A stretch of 48,595 nt of DNA, taken from assembly GCA_964352705.1 (NCBI GenBank), contig CAYGSZ010000001.1, positions 9,689 through 58,283 on the forward strand. Reading direction: 5' to 3'. Position 1 is the stretch's first letter, and each line of letters starts with the position of its first letter. This document shows, piece after piece, positions 37,296 through 45,233 of the stretch. The stretch comes from an uncultured Rhodobacterales bacterium (GTDB lineage Bacteria > Pseudomonadota > Alphaproteobacteria > Rhodospirillales > Rhodospirillaceae). The notes under the pieces were generated by a model, which had not been told where the DNA came from, ran no database searches, and saw only the letters and a program-made list of their open reading frames with translations. Made by a program: the position numbers and the translations under genes.

Positions 37296-38154
37296 TCTAA
37301 CAGTCTCACGTCGCGGCATGATCGCCGCAGGCTGCGCATTTGCTGCGACGCCACGGCCAGCCTTCGCCGCGTCTGCTTTGCCGACTGATCCCGCCGAGCA
37401 GAATGAGGCGTATGTCAAAATCCTCGGCCGGACGGACGGTGGGCGGGTGGTCAAGAAAACCCGTGGCATTGTGATGGCGGTTCTGCCCGATGCAATTGTG
37501 CCGCTCTATGGGTTCCGGAATAGTGAGTCCGCATGGTGGCGGCAGATCGGCGAGCACAGTTGGGTACGCTTTCCCTCCGTGCTGTCGTTCTTTACCGATC
37601 TTGAGACAGACCAGTTTATTGATACGTTTGTGAGTCCGTTCAACGGTAAAGAGGTTCAACTGACGCCGAGTTACATTCGTCACAAAGAGGGCGAGCTGTT
37701 CACGCCAACCGGCCATTATTACGGTAGCATGAAGACGGCTTTTCCCGATCTTTATCCCGATGAAGAGTTGCAGTTGAATTGGACATTGGATGGCGATGAT
37801 ATCCGGATGCAACGGTCATCTAACTTCCCGCCAATGATTCCTCAGCCGTCTTTAGAATCTGTGTCCTTTTTTGCCAGTGCTAAAGAAGTGCTGAACCCAG
37901 ATGTAACAGATGCACACTATCGTTCAGCTGGCTGGAACATTTTTTCTGGCACCCGCGCGCCGTATCAAGAGCTTGGAATTCTGCCCGGTCATGCCATTTG
38001 GCATTACGATGCCGTAAAGCTGGACCGTGTGGAAGACTGCGATGCTGATTACCTGGAGCGCGCGCGTTCGTATACTCCGTTGTTTGATCAATCCCCGGAG
38101 TTGGACGAGGGGCCGACGTTTTTTGAACGGTTCTCCGTCAACCGGCAGCCCTAA
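37285..38154 (+). CDS. Tat-signal protein, DUF1838-like, copy 1
   Basis: The ATG at 37285 overlaps the upstream gene by 11 nt; the track start at 37189 is over-extended. SRRGMIAAGCAFAATPRPAFA Tat signal. Blocks shared with 40964-41854: DPA[ED]....Y..I.G, AV.PD, ET...NP..G.E, L.W...GD..[RQ]M, PGH[AS][IV]WH. The DUF1838 label is from memory. Confidence 0.5.
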   Translation: MKTDLTVSRRGMIAAGCAFAATPRPAFAASALPTDPAEQNEAYVKILGRTDGGRVVKKTRGIVMAVLPDAIVPLYGFRNSESAWWRQIGEHSWVRFPSVLSFFTDLETDQFIDTFVSPFNGKEVQLTPSYIRHKEGELFTPTGHYYGSMKTAFPDLYPDEELQLNWTLDGDDIRMQRSSNFPPMIPQPSLESVSFFASAKEVLNPDVTDAHYRSAGWNIFSGTRAPYQELGILPGHAIWHYDAVKLDRVEDCDADYLERARSYTPLFDQSPELDEGPTFFERFSVNRQP

Positions 38155-38178
38155 CCAAAGGACTGCCGCGTCCGATCG

Positions 38179-39612
38179 TTATTCTGCTGCCGCCGCCGCT
38201 GCGGTTTCCCAAGTCAGGAATTTTTCGCCGAGCAAGCGGCCCATGGTCAGGCAGCCCCCGACACTGGAGCCACCCAAGTAAGCATTGCCCCAAATGCCCA
38301 TGCCGAGCATTTCGCCACCTGCATAGAGATTCGGAATGGCTTTGCCATCCCCACCTAGAATGCGCAGTTCGTTATCACATGCAATGCCGCCAAAGCTCAC
38401 AACTGAAAGGGCGTAGTGTCGTATTGCGTAGAACGGCCCTTTCTCAATAGGGGCCGGTGTGTGCTGGCGACGCCAAGCATCAGAGTTAACCTCACGGCCT
38501 TTATTAAATTGCTCAACAGTTGTTTTTAGATTGTCTGCGGGCAGGCCGCATTCCATCGCCAAACCTTCAATGGTGTCAGCGCGGCAGAAGTCGGGGTGAG
38601 TGGAGAAAGCGCGTTCGATCTTCTCGGCATCCCATTTCATGAAGAGCGGAGGAGCTTGTTCCCGAATGCCTTCGTCATAAACCACCCAGCAACTCCAGTC
38701 TGGTTGATTCATAATGGTCCGTTCGCGGAAATCCTGGCTTGTGGATTCTTCATTGAAGAATCTCCGGCCCGTATTGTTCACCATGATTTCCCAAGGTGCC
38801 CGCATCATTGGGACCGTGGCCGTGTGAATCCAGTAATCATCGGGGTTGTCGATGTCGATCGTGCCACCGAAGGTCATAATGAGATTGTCGGCCAACTGTA
38901 CTTTAGCGCCCAATTTACGGGCCTGTTGAATGCCATCACCTTTGGAATGCTCGTAAGTGTAAACCCGCTTCGGCCGTCCGTGGAATTCTTTCCAGAGTTC
39001 GTCGTTGTTGGAATACCCACCACAGGCCAGCAAAGTCGTTGAGGCGCGAATTTCTTCCTTTTTACCGTTTCCGTTCTGAACGATGATGCCACCGACGGAG
39101 CCGTCAGCATCAACGATGAGGTCTGTCATCTTGGTTTTGAGACGTAGTTCTACGTTACTGTTATCGATTGCTTTTTGAAATGCGGGTTCAAGCACGGCAA
39201 TATAAGCTCGGCCGGCATTAACGGGTGTTGTCAGCCTTGCCGTCTTATAGGGTTCATGGCCTTGTCCAATGACTGGATTGCTCTCTGGGAATTCCAGCCC
39301 AATAGACATCAACCAATCCAGGGTTTTACCTGCATTGTCTTGCCACAGGCGCATCTTGTCGTATTCGCCTGTGCCGTGATTGATGTCCATGGACTCATCG
39401 AAATGTTTTTGTGGGGAGTCATCAATGCCTTTCGATTGTTGCAGTTTTGAACTGGCTGCACTCATGGAGCCGGAAGAGAGATGGAGCGTTCCGCCCACTT
39501 TATCCGCCACATCCACGACCAAAACTTTCGCGCCGCGTTCGGATGCTTTGATGGCTGCAGGCATGCCGGTTGTACCTGCGCCTACGATCACGATATCCCA
39601 CTGGCCTGACAT
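38179..39612 (-). CDS. FAD-dependent oxidoreductase (FAD_binding_2; fumarate-reductase/KstD-like flavoprotein), no signal peptide
   Basis: DIVIVGAGTTGMPAAIKASERGAKVLVVD dinucleotide fold at the extreme N-terminus. C-terminal IPNLYAGGE...GGSSVGGCLTMGRLLG. The ATG at 39612 is preferred to 39693. Confidence 0.8.
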   Translation of the reverse strand: MSGQWDIVIVGAGTTGMPAAIKASERGAKVLVVDVADKVGGTLHLSSGSMSAASSKLQQSKGIDDSPQKHFDESMDINHGTGEYDKMRLWQDNAGKTLDWLMSIGLEFPESNPVIGQGHEPYKTARLTTPVNAGRAYIAVLEPAFQKAIDNSNVELRLKTKMTDLIVDADGSVGGIIVQNGNGKKEEIRASTTLLACGGYSNNDELWKEFHGRPKRVYTYEHSKGDGIQQARKLGAKVQLADNLIMTFGGTIDIDNPDDYWIHTATVPMMRAPWEIMVNNTGRRFFNEESTSQDFRERTIMNQPDWSCWVVYDEGIREQAPPLFMKWDAEKIERAFSTHPDFCRADTIEGLAMECGLPADNLKTTVEQFNKGREVNSDAWRRQHTPAPIEKGPFYAIRHYALSVVSFGGIACDNELRILGGDGKAIPNLYAGGEMLGMGIWGNAYLGGSSVGGCLTMGRLLGEKFLTWETAAAAAAE

Positions 39613-39647
39613 TCTGTGTCTCCCTGTTGTGTTTGTGCGTGGTCCAC

Positions 39648-40967
39648 TCACTCGCTTAACGCTTGGTAGACCAGTGTTTGAAAGGTGTCCCAAACGGATT
39701 CGGGAACCTGATCTGTTAGATTAATACGGTACTGAGTGAACATAATCATGGCCAGTCGATTGTCCCGGTCACCGAGGAAATAGATATCTGCCAGGCCGTC
39801 CTTCATGAAAGATTCCGCAGTGGCTGGGCGCATTGCGGCTGTCGGGTCATCCAACACGTTTAGACCCCAGCCATAAGTGTAGCCTGAAAAAATACGCCAC
39901 ATATCCGATCCGGTTGGGTATTTGTCGCGAATCGGGGCGATTTCAGCAGGTATCTGACGGCTGGTCATCATGTCTACTGTGGCTGGAGAAAGCAGTTGGG
40001 TACCCTCTAATGTGCCCTTGTTCAGCAGCATCTGTGTAAACCGCAGCATGTCGCTGACGGTGGAGGTTAGGCCACCACCGCCTGAATACATGGTGGCGTC
40101 TGCGTTTAAGTAATCACCGGACTTAGGCAGCCTATCAGTGCCGCGTAATAGCTCTCCGGCTGTGCCAAGGTCGTACCCTTCCACCAAGCGAGATCGTTTC
40201 TCAGGGGGAACATAAAACCCGGTGTCCATCATTCCCAGCGGATTGAGCACCAACTCCTTGACTGCAGTGTCTAAAGATTTTCCAGTCACCAATTCAATCA
40301 CATGACCAAGCACGTCGATGTTCAGGCCGTACTCCCAATCTGTACCGGGGTGAAACAACAGCGGGATTGAAGCCAGGTAATTTAACCCATCTGCCATGGG
40401 GACATTCAGACCCATAACTTGCTCGCGATCCACCTTAAGCGCTTTGGGATAGTCAAAAGCGTATCCAAGTCCGGCCGTGTGTGTCACGAGGTGGATCAGG
40501 CGAATGGAGTCTTGTGCGGGCTCCGTCAGTGGCGAGCCATCTTCGGCAAACCCCGTCAGGACGACGGGATTGGCAAACGCAGGGATGTACTTTTCAACGG
40601 GGTCGGCGAGGTCGATGCGCCCTTGCTCCATGAGCCGAAGCGCTGCAACGGTTATGATTGGTTTTGTGAGCGAGAAGACACGAAAGATAGTGTCTTCCGC
40701 CATAGGGATTTGGGTCTCGCGATCTTGCCAGCCAACGGCACGTTGCGTGATCAATTTACCATCTCGCGCGACCGCATACACAAAGCCGACACGCTTTTTG
40801 TCTTCAACGAGTTGCGCCATACCTTGATGCAAAACATCTAAGCGATTCTCGTTGAAGCCATACTTTGAGGTGCTTCTAGCTTCTCGATCTAAGTCCCCAG
40901 CATTTACGATACCGGTGTATATGGAAAAGACCCCTGTGAGAAAAAGGGAGAGGGTGGTTTTTCTCAT
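39648..40967 (-). CDS. Beta-lactamase-fold serine hydrolase, Sec signal, paralog C
   Basis: The ATG at 40967 gives an ATGA overlap with the upstream stop. Signal MRKTTLSLFLTGVFSIYTGIVNA. S-x-x-K = SLTK followed by ...LMEQGRIDLADPVEKYIP. Confidence 0.8.
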   Translation of the reverse strand: MRKTTLSLFLTGVFSIYTGIVNAGDLDREARSTSKYGFNENRLDVLHQGMAQLVEDKKRVGFVYAVARDGKLITQRAVGWQDRETQIPMAEDTIFRVFSLTKPIITVAALRLMEQGRIDLADPVEKYIPAFANPVVLTGFAEDGSPLTEPAQDSIRLIHLVTHTAGLGYAFDYPKALKVDREQVMGLNVPMADGLNYLASIPLLFHPGTDWEYGLNIDVLGHVIELVTGKSLDTAVKELVLNPLGMMDTGFYVPPEKRSRLVEGYDLGTAGELLRGTDRLPKSGDYLNADATMYSGGGGLTSTVSDMLRFTQMLLNKGTLEGTQLLSPATVDMMTSRQIPAEIAPIRDKYPTGSDMWRIFSGYTYGWGLNVLDDPTAAMRPATAESFMKDGLADIYFLGDRDNRLAMIMFTQYRINLTDQVPESVWDTFQTLVYQALSE

Positions 40968-41854
40968 GCGTCGCCCCACGCCAATACGTCAGGGATATAC
41001 TGCTCTGCCTGGTTAAGATATTCAGGCGACAGGTCATCGAAGCCATTTACCTTGCTCCCGACGCAATGCCATACCGAATGTCCAGGGCGATCACCCATTT
41101 TTAGAAAGCCCTGCCATGGGGCAAGAAACACAATCCCAAAAATAGAATCGACTCGTTCCAAAGAGCGGTCTTGCAATTGTTTAAGCGGAATGGTCGTTGT
41201 GCCGTATTCAGCGAGTGGAATAGGGCGCAGCTCTGGATATTTACGCTGGCCAACCATTTGAACGTTATCGCCCATAATGGCCCAATCCAATGTCAGGGCA
41301 CTGATCATGTTCGGGTCAATTTCAGCGCTCCAGTTTTCACCCTTGGCGGCATTTGTGTCGCGGGCGAATTGTGCACTGGTCACGCGCCCGTCATCGCCAA
41401 CATAGTACAAGCTGCGAGATCCAATGATGTTGGGAGCGACGAGGTTTTCTTCGCCGGTCCATGGATTGCGAAACATTTTACCATTGAGCACTTCGCCAGT
41501 CTCCGGGTCTTTGAAGATGGTCATAACCTTTGACCACACTTCGTAGCGACCATCTTCTAGCTGGATCACTTTTTTGGTTTCACAACTTTCGCAGTCAAAT
41601 ACGATTCTCGGGTTCTCGTCTGGAGGGACGGCGATGTAATAGCCGCGCCAGGCATTTGGCGCTGGCTTTCCGCTTAGATCCCCCTGGATTCTCAGATAAT
41701 TCCGTAGCTCGTCAGCCGGGTCTAAATGTAAGGCAGAGGTGTCAGCGGCGCGGCTCTGTTTGGCTCTGTTTGTTGCAACGATTGCTGTCGCGACTCCGCC
41801 CAAGCCAAGGTTAAAGCCTCTGCGCGTTAATAATGGTCCAGATAATATCGGCAT
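40964..41854 (-). CDS. Tat-signal protein, DUF1838-like, copy 2
   Basis: TRRGFNLGLGGVATAIVA Tat signal. Shares the block pattern listed for 37285-38154 (e.g. PGHSVWHCVGSKVNGFDDLSPEYL vs PGHAIWHYDAVKLDRVEDCDADYL). Confidence 0.5.
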   Translation of the reverse strand: MPILSGPLLTRRGFNLGLGGVATAIVATNRAKQSRAADTSALHLDPADELRNYLRIQGDLSGKPAPNAWRGYYIAVPPDENPRIVFDCESCETKKVIQLEDGRYEVWSKVMTIFKDPETGEVLNGKMFRNPWTGEENLVAPNIIGSRSLYYVGDDGRVTSAQFARDTNAAKGENWSAEIDPNMISALTLDWAIMGDNVQMVGQRKYPELRPIPLAEYGTTTIPLKQLQDRSLERVDSIFGIVFLAPWQGFLKMGDRPGHSVWHCVGSKVNGFDDLSPEYLNQAEQYIPDVLAWGDA

Positions 41855-41894
41855 TGTGCATTCCTTGAATAATTTTCTGAAGGAAAGGTTAGAG

Positions 41895-41918
41895 GTCCCT
41901 CGCGATTTGACCAGGGAC
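41895..41918. promoter_or_regulatory. Inverted repeat GTCCCT-N12-AGGGAC in the divergent DUF1838 / SDR-pair intergenic region
   Basis: Read directly in the 130-nt divergent promoter region 41855-41984. Confidence 0.2.
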
Positions 41919-41984
41919 TCAGTTGAGACGTGATCAACATGCGGTCGGATTGCTCCCGGGCGCAGACCTGCTTAAAGTTCTCGG

Positions 41985-42677
41985 ATGACTGACCTCACTG
42001 GCACTGACCTCTTTGGCAAAGTGGCATTTGTGGCAAATGCCGAAACTGCAATCGGTAAAGCCTGCGTTCTGGCGCTCACGCAGGCGGGAGCGCGCGTGTG
42101 CGCGGTCGGCAAAAACGATGCAGCACTGGTTGTGAATGTGACGCCGGGTGATCAGGACTCCTGGGATAAGGCGTTTAAAAGCTGTATTGATCAACTCGGT
42201 GGGTTAGACATTTTGGTTATTCCCACGGTGGGCGGCCCCTCTGCGACCATTGAATCTGTTACGTATTCAGAATTTAAAGGGGCGCACCGGAGTATGGTTG
42301 TTCCAGCGTTCCTTGCACAAAACCGGGGCGTGCTTGCCATGCGCTTGACTGGTTCGGCTGGGGTCATCGTGCATATTCTTCCCGCTGCGGCGCGGGCCGG
42401 GGTTGAGGGTGCTGTGGCAGCCTGTACAGCAAGCGCAGGCATCTTGTTTTCAGCAAAGTCTGCCGCGTTGGAGTGTGCAAAAGCAAAAGACGGTATTGTT
42501 ATTAATTCGGTCTTGGTTGGTGATGTTGATGGCCAGCCGTCACTTAACTACGCCCCGAACTCACAAGTCATTCCTCCCGATGCAGTGGCTGATGCTGTGC
42601 TGTTCTTCTCAACCGACGGTGCGGTGTACATGAGTGGTATGGACTTGCCTGTAGACGATGGGTTTCTGGCAACATGA
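41985..42677 (+). CDS. SDR-fold protein with degenerate cofactor and catalytic motifs (probable pseudo-enzyme subunit)
   Basis: Collinear with SDRs: GKVAFVANAETAIGKA, GGLDILV, FFSTDGAVYMSGMDLPVDDG. However, TGxxxGIG becomes ANAETAIG, NNAG becomes IPTVGG, and YxxxK becomes CTASA. Confidence 0.6.
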   Translation: MTDLTGTDLFGKVAFVANAETAIGKACVLALTQAGARVCAVGKNDAALVVNVTPGDQDSWDKAFKSCIDQLGGLDILVIPTVGGPSATIESVTYSEFKGAHRSMVVPAFLAQNRGVLAMRLTGSAGVIVHILPAAARAGVEGAVAACTASAGILFSAKSAALECAKAKDGIVINSVLVGDVDGQPSLNYAPNSQVIPPDAVADAVLFFSTDGAVYMSGMDLPVDDGFLAT

Positions 42678-43501
42678 ATGCGGTGACTCATTCAAGCCAA
42701 TTGGCTGGCAAGGTGGTTTTAATCACCGGCGGCACTTCAGGTCTTGGACGTTGGACGACGCTGGTCATGGCGGCGCAGGGCGCGACAGTGGTTTATACGG
42801 GGCGTAACGCAGAGGGAGCTATAGAGACAGGCAGGCGCCTTGAGGCTGAAGAGCTCAGTGCTCAATATCTTGCACACGATGTGACCAGTGAGACGGATTG
42901 GCAGAGAGTCATTGAGGCTGTGATGCAGCAGCACGGTAAACTCGATGGCTTGGTTAATAACTCTGGCGTGTCTCGCCTCAAGCCCATGGATCAGTTGTCT
43001 TTAGATGACCTTGAGTTTCTGCTTTCGGTCAATGTGGATGGCATGTTCTTAGGGATTCAGTATGCCTTCCGCGTGATGAAAAATTCCGGTGGTGCCATCG
43101 TCAATATTTCGGCTTTGAATGCTTTGCGCGGGTCACCCAATTCCACCGGCTATGGTATGGCAAAAGCTGGGACCACGCATCTGGCGCGCGCGGCTGCGGT
43201 GGAAGGTCGTAAATATGGCATCCGGGTGAACGCGGTTCATCCTGGTGTTTTGTTTGAGGGTGGCGATAAGCCGTCACCTGGCGCGATTTCCCTGTTCGGA
43301 GAAGAGGGGGCTCAAAAATTTGTTCAATTTAATATTGATACAACACCGCTTGGTCGTCTTGGGCATCCCCGTGATATCGGGACGGCTGTTGCGTTCCTGT
43401 TGTCAGATGCCGCGCGTCACGTCACGGGCACGGCAGTGTGCGTCGATGGTGGCCGTATGGCTGGTGAGTTTCAACATCACGGTATCAAGTCACAAAAGTA
43501 A
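42674..43501 (+). CDS. SDR-family oxidoreductase (canonical motifs)
   Basis: ATGA overlap with the upstream SDR-like gene. ITGGTSGLG, VNNSG, YGMAK, HPG, LLSDAARHVTGTAVCVDGG. Confidence 0.9.
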   Translation: MNAVTHSSQLAGKVVLITGGTSGLGRWTTLVMAAQGATVVYTGRNAEGAIETGRRLEAEELSAQYLAHDVTSETDWQRVIEAVMQQHGKLDGLVNNSGVSRLKPMDQLSLDDLEFLLSVNVDGMFLGIQYAFRVMKNSGGAIVNISALNALRGSPNSTGYGMAKAGTTHLARAAAVEGRKYGIRVNAVHPGVLFEGGDKPSPGAISLFGEEGAQKFVQFNIDTTPLGRLGHPRDIGTAVAFLLSDAARHVTGTAVCVDGGRMAGEFQHHGIKSQK

Positions 43502-43515
43502 ACTGGGGAGGGTTC

Positions 43516-44085
43516 ATGATGAAAAAGTACTTTAACCTTATTGCGACATCACTTGCTTTTGGAATGGCCTGTACAGGCACGCTAAAAGCCGAAGATATAA
43601 ATCATCAAAGCTTATTGCTGCGCTCTGTCGCGGTGACTTGTAAGGTTGAGGAGTCGATCACATTTTACCGCGACGTCATGGGCCAGCAGATCATTGAAGA
43701 CGTCACGTTCGAAGGCTCTGGTATTCAGAAGTACATAGATGTGGCTGACGGCGGTAAAGTGCGCTTTGTGATTATGGGGGGCTCTGGTGTCTATCCCGGC
43801 GGCCAAGTGGTTGGCGGCAATATTGCTTTTATGGGTATCGTTGATCCTGATGATCCCGCCTGTTCTGGTGAGGTTGTAAACCGTCGCGGACGGCAGGGGT
43901 CAACCATACTGCCGCACCGGGTTAGTAACATTGAGGAAATCGCCAAGCGCGCTGAAGCTGCGGGGCATAAAATTCTGTTTGATGTCAAAGCGTCGGGAAC
44001 TGGCTTGTCTCGCAACATGATGCTTTTTGACCCCAATGGAAATATCGTCGAGGTGTTCCAGATCAATACGGCCGTTATGAAGTAG
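43516..44085 (+). CDS. VOC/glyoxalase-fold protein with Sec signal
   Basis: Signal MMKKYFNLIATSLAFGMACTGTLKA. VEESITFYRDVMG near the N-terminus and LFDPNGNIVEVFQ at the C-terminus are typical VOC-fold edges. Confidence 0.5.
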   Translation: MMKKYFNLIATSLAFGMACTGTLKAEDINHQSLLLRSVAVTCKVEESITFYRDVMGQQIIEDVTFEGSGIQKYIDVADGGKVRFVIMGGSGVYPGGQVVGGNIAFMGIVDPDDPACSGEVVNRRGRQGSTILPHRVSNIEEIAKRAEAAGHKILFDVKASGTGLSRNMMLFDPNGNIVEVFQINTAVMK

Positions 44086-44193
44086 CCGTCAAAACGACTT
44101 GTGTAGAGTCGATAACGGCTGAGGCGAAGTATGGGCACTTTCTCTTTATCCCTCTTCGTACTAGGTTTATCCAATAACGAGGGGAGTAGGGAT

Positions 44194-45225
44194 ATGCGCA
44201 GATTTATAGCGGCCATTGTTGTGCTGGCGTTTGTGACGCCGGCTTTCGCCACAAATTCAAAACCAGAGTTGGCCAAGGTCCTTGAGGATCTGATGGCGTG
44301 GCTGCCGGGTGAGTACACCTCTATTCCCCAGGTTTATCTGGAACGCGCGCTTGGCACGCCGCCCGATGGCGAACACGAGATTTATCATCGTGTTTTTGCA
44401 GAAATAGAGGCACCCCATCTCGGTGAACATGTGATCTATACGCAACTGCGCTTGGACGGGGATGACGGCACAATTTTTCCAGGCCAACAGCAGGTCTTTA
44501 TTGTCTCCATCGACGAAGAAAAAAGAACGGTCGCCGTTTCGGGACGACGCATCAAAGATCCCGAAAAGTATGAGGATGCGCATCTTCATCCTGAAATGTG
44601 GGCAAGCATCGAGCCGGACCTCGACTTTGGAGGGAACTGCGCTTTCAATTGGCGGCGTCATGGCCAACAACTCCGCGGGCTTCTGGGAGATCATGGTCAA
44701 TGCACTATGATTTCAAAACGATCCGGCCAGGAAATGACATGGGATGCCGAGTGGATTTTGAATCCGGAGCAGCTTTGGATTTATGACAACGGCACCATGG
44801 CTGACGGAACATTGTTTACCGGTCGTGAAGATCGGACGCATCTTCGTATGTCCAAGGCGCAGCGGTATGAGTGCTTCACATCAATCCGCAATCCTGATGG
44901 GACGTCGCAGGTGTTCAACCCCTACTTCATGCACAATCGTGGAGATGTGTTTACGTTTGAAACGACGGGGCCTGAACCGCGTAAGCTGCACGTTGAGTTC
45001 CTAACGTCGTTGTGGCCGTCTAACTCGGGCCGCAATTACGTCGATCTCATGCGTCTAACCTTGCACGATGGCGAGCCTGGTACCTACAAGGACGAAGATG
45101 TCCTCGGATTTGCCTGGGCAGAACCGACCAGCAAACGCGTTGGCTTTACCACCGAATGGGCAAGTGCGCGTTGCAAGCTGGCCGATCCAGATGATCCCAG
45201 GCTGAAGGCTGCACTTTTAGGTTAG
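44194..45225 (+). CDS. Exported CpcT/CpeT-like (DUF1001, lipocalin-like barrel) protein
   Basis: The ATG at 44194 gives the signal MRRFIAAIVVLAFVTPAFA. LMAWLPGEYTS..., HVIYTQ..., GGNCAFNW..., W.LNPEQLWIYDNG resemble the non-cyanobacterial CpcT-like family. Low-certainty recollection. Confidence 0.4.
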   Translation: MRRFIAAIVVLAFVTPAFATNSKPELAKVLEDLMAWLPGEYTSIPQVYLERALGTPPDGEHEIYHRVFAEIEAPHLGEHVIYTQLRLDGDDGTIFPGQQQVFIVSIDEEKRTVAVSGRRIKDPEKYEDAHLHPEMWASIEPDLDFGGNCAFNWRRHGQQLRGLLGDHGQCTMISKRSGQEMTWDAEWILNPEQLWIYDNGTMADGTLFTGREDRTHLRMSKAQRYECFTSIRNPDGTSQVFNPYFMHNRGDVFTFETTGPEPRKLHVEFLTSLWPSNSGRNYVDLMRLTLHDGEPGTYKDEDVLGFAWAEPTSKRVGFTTEWASARCKLADPDDPRLKAALLG

Positions 45226-45233
45226 TAACCGGT

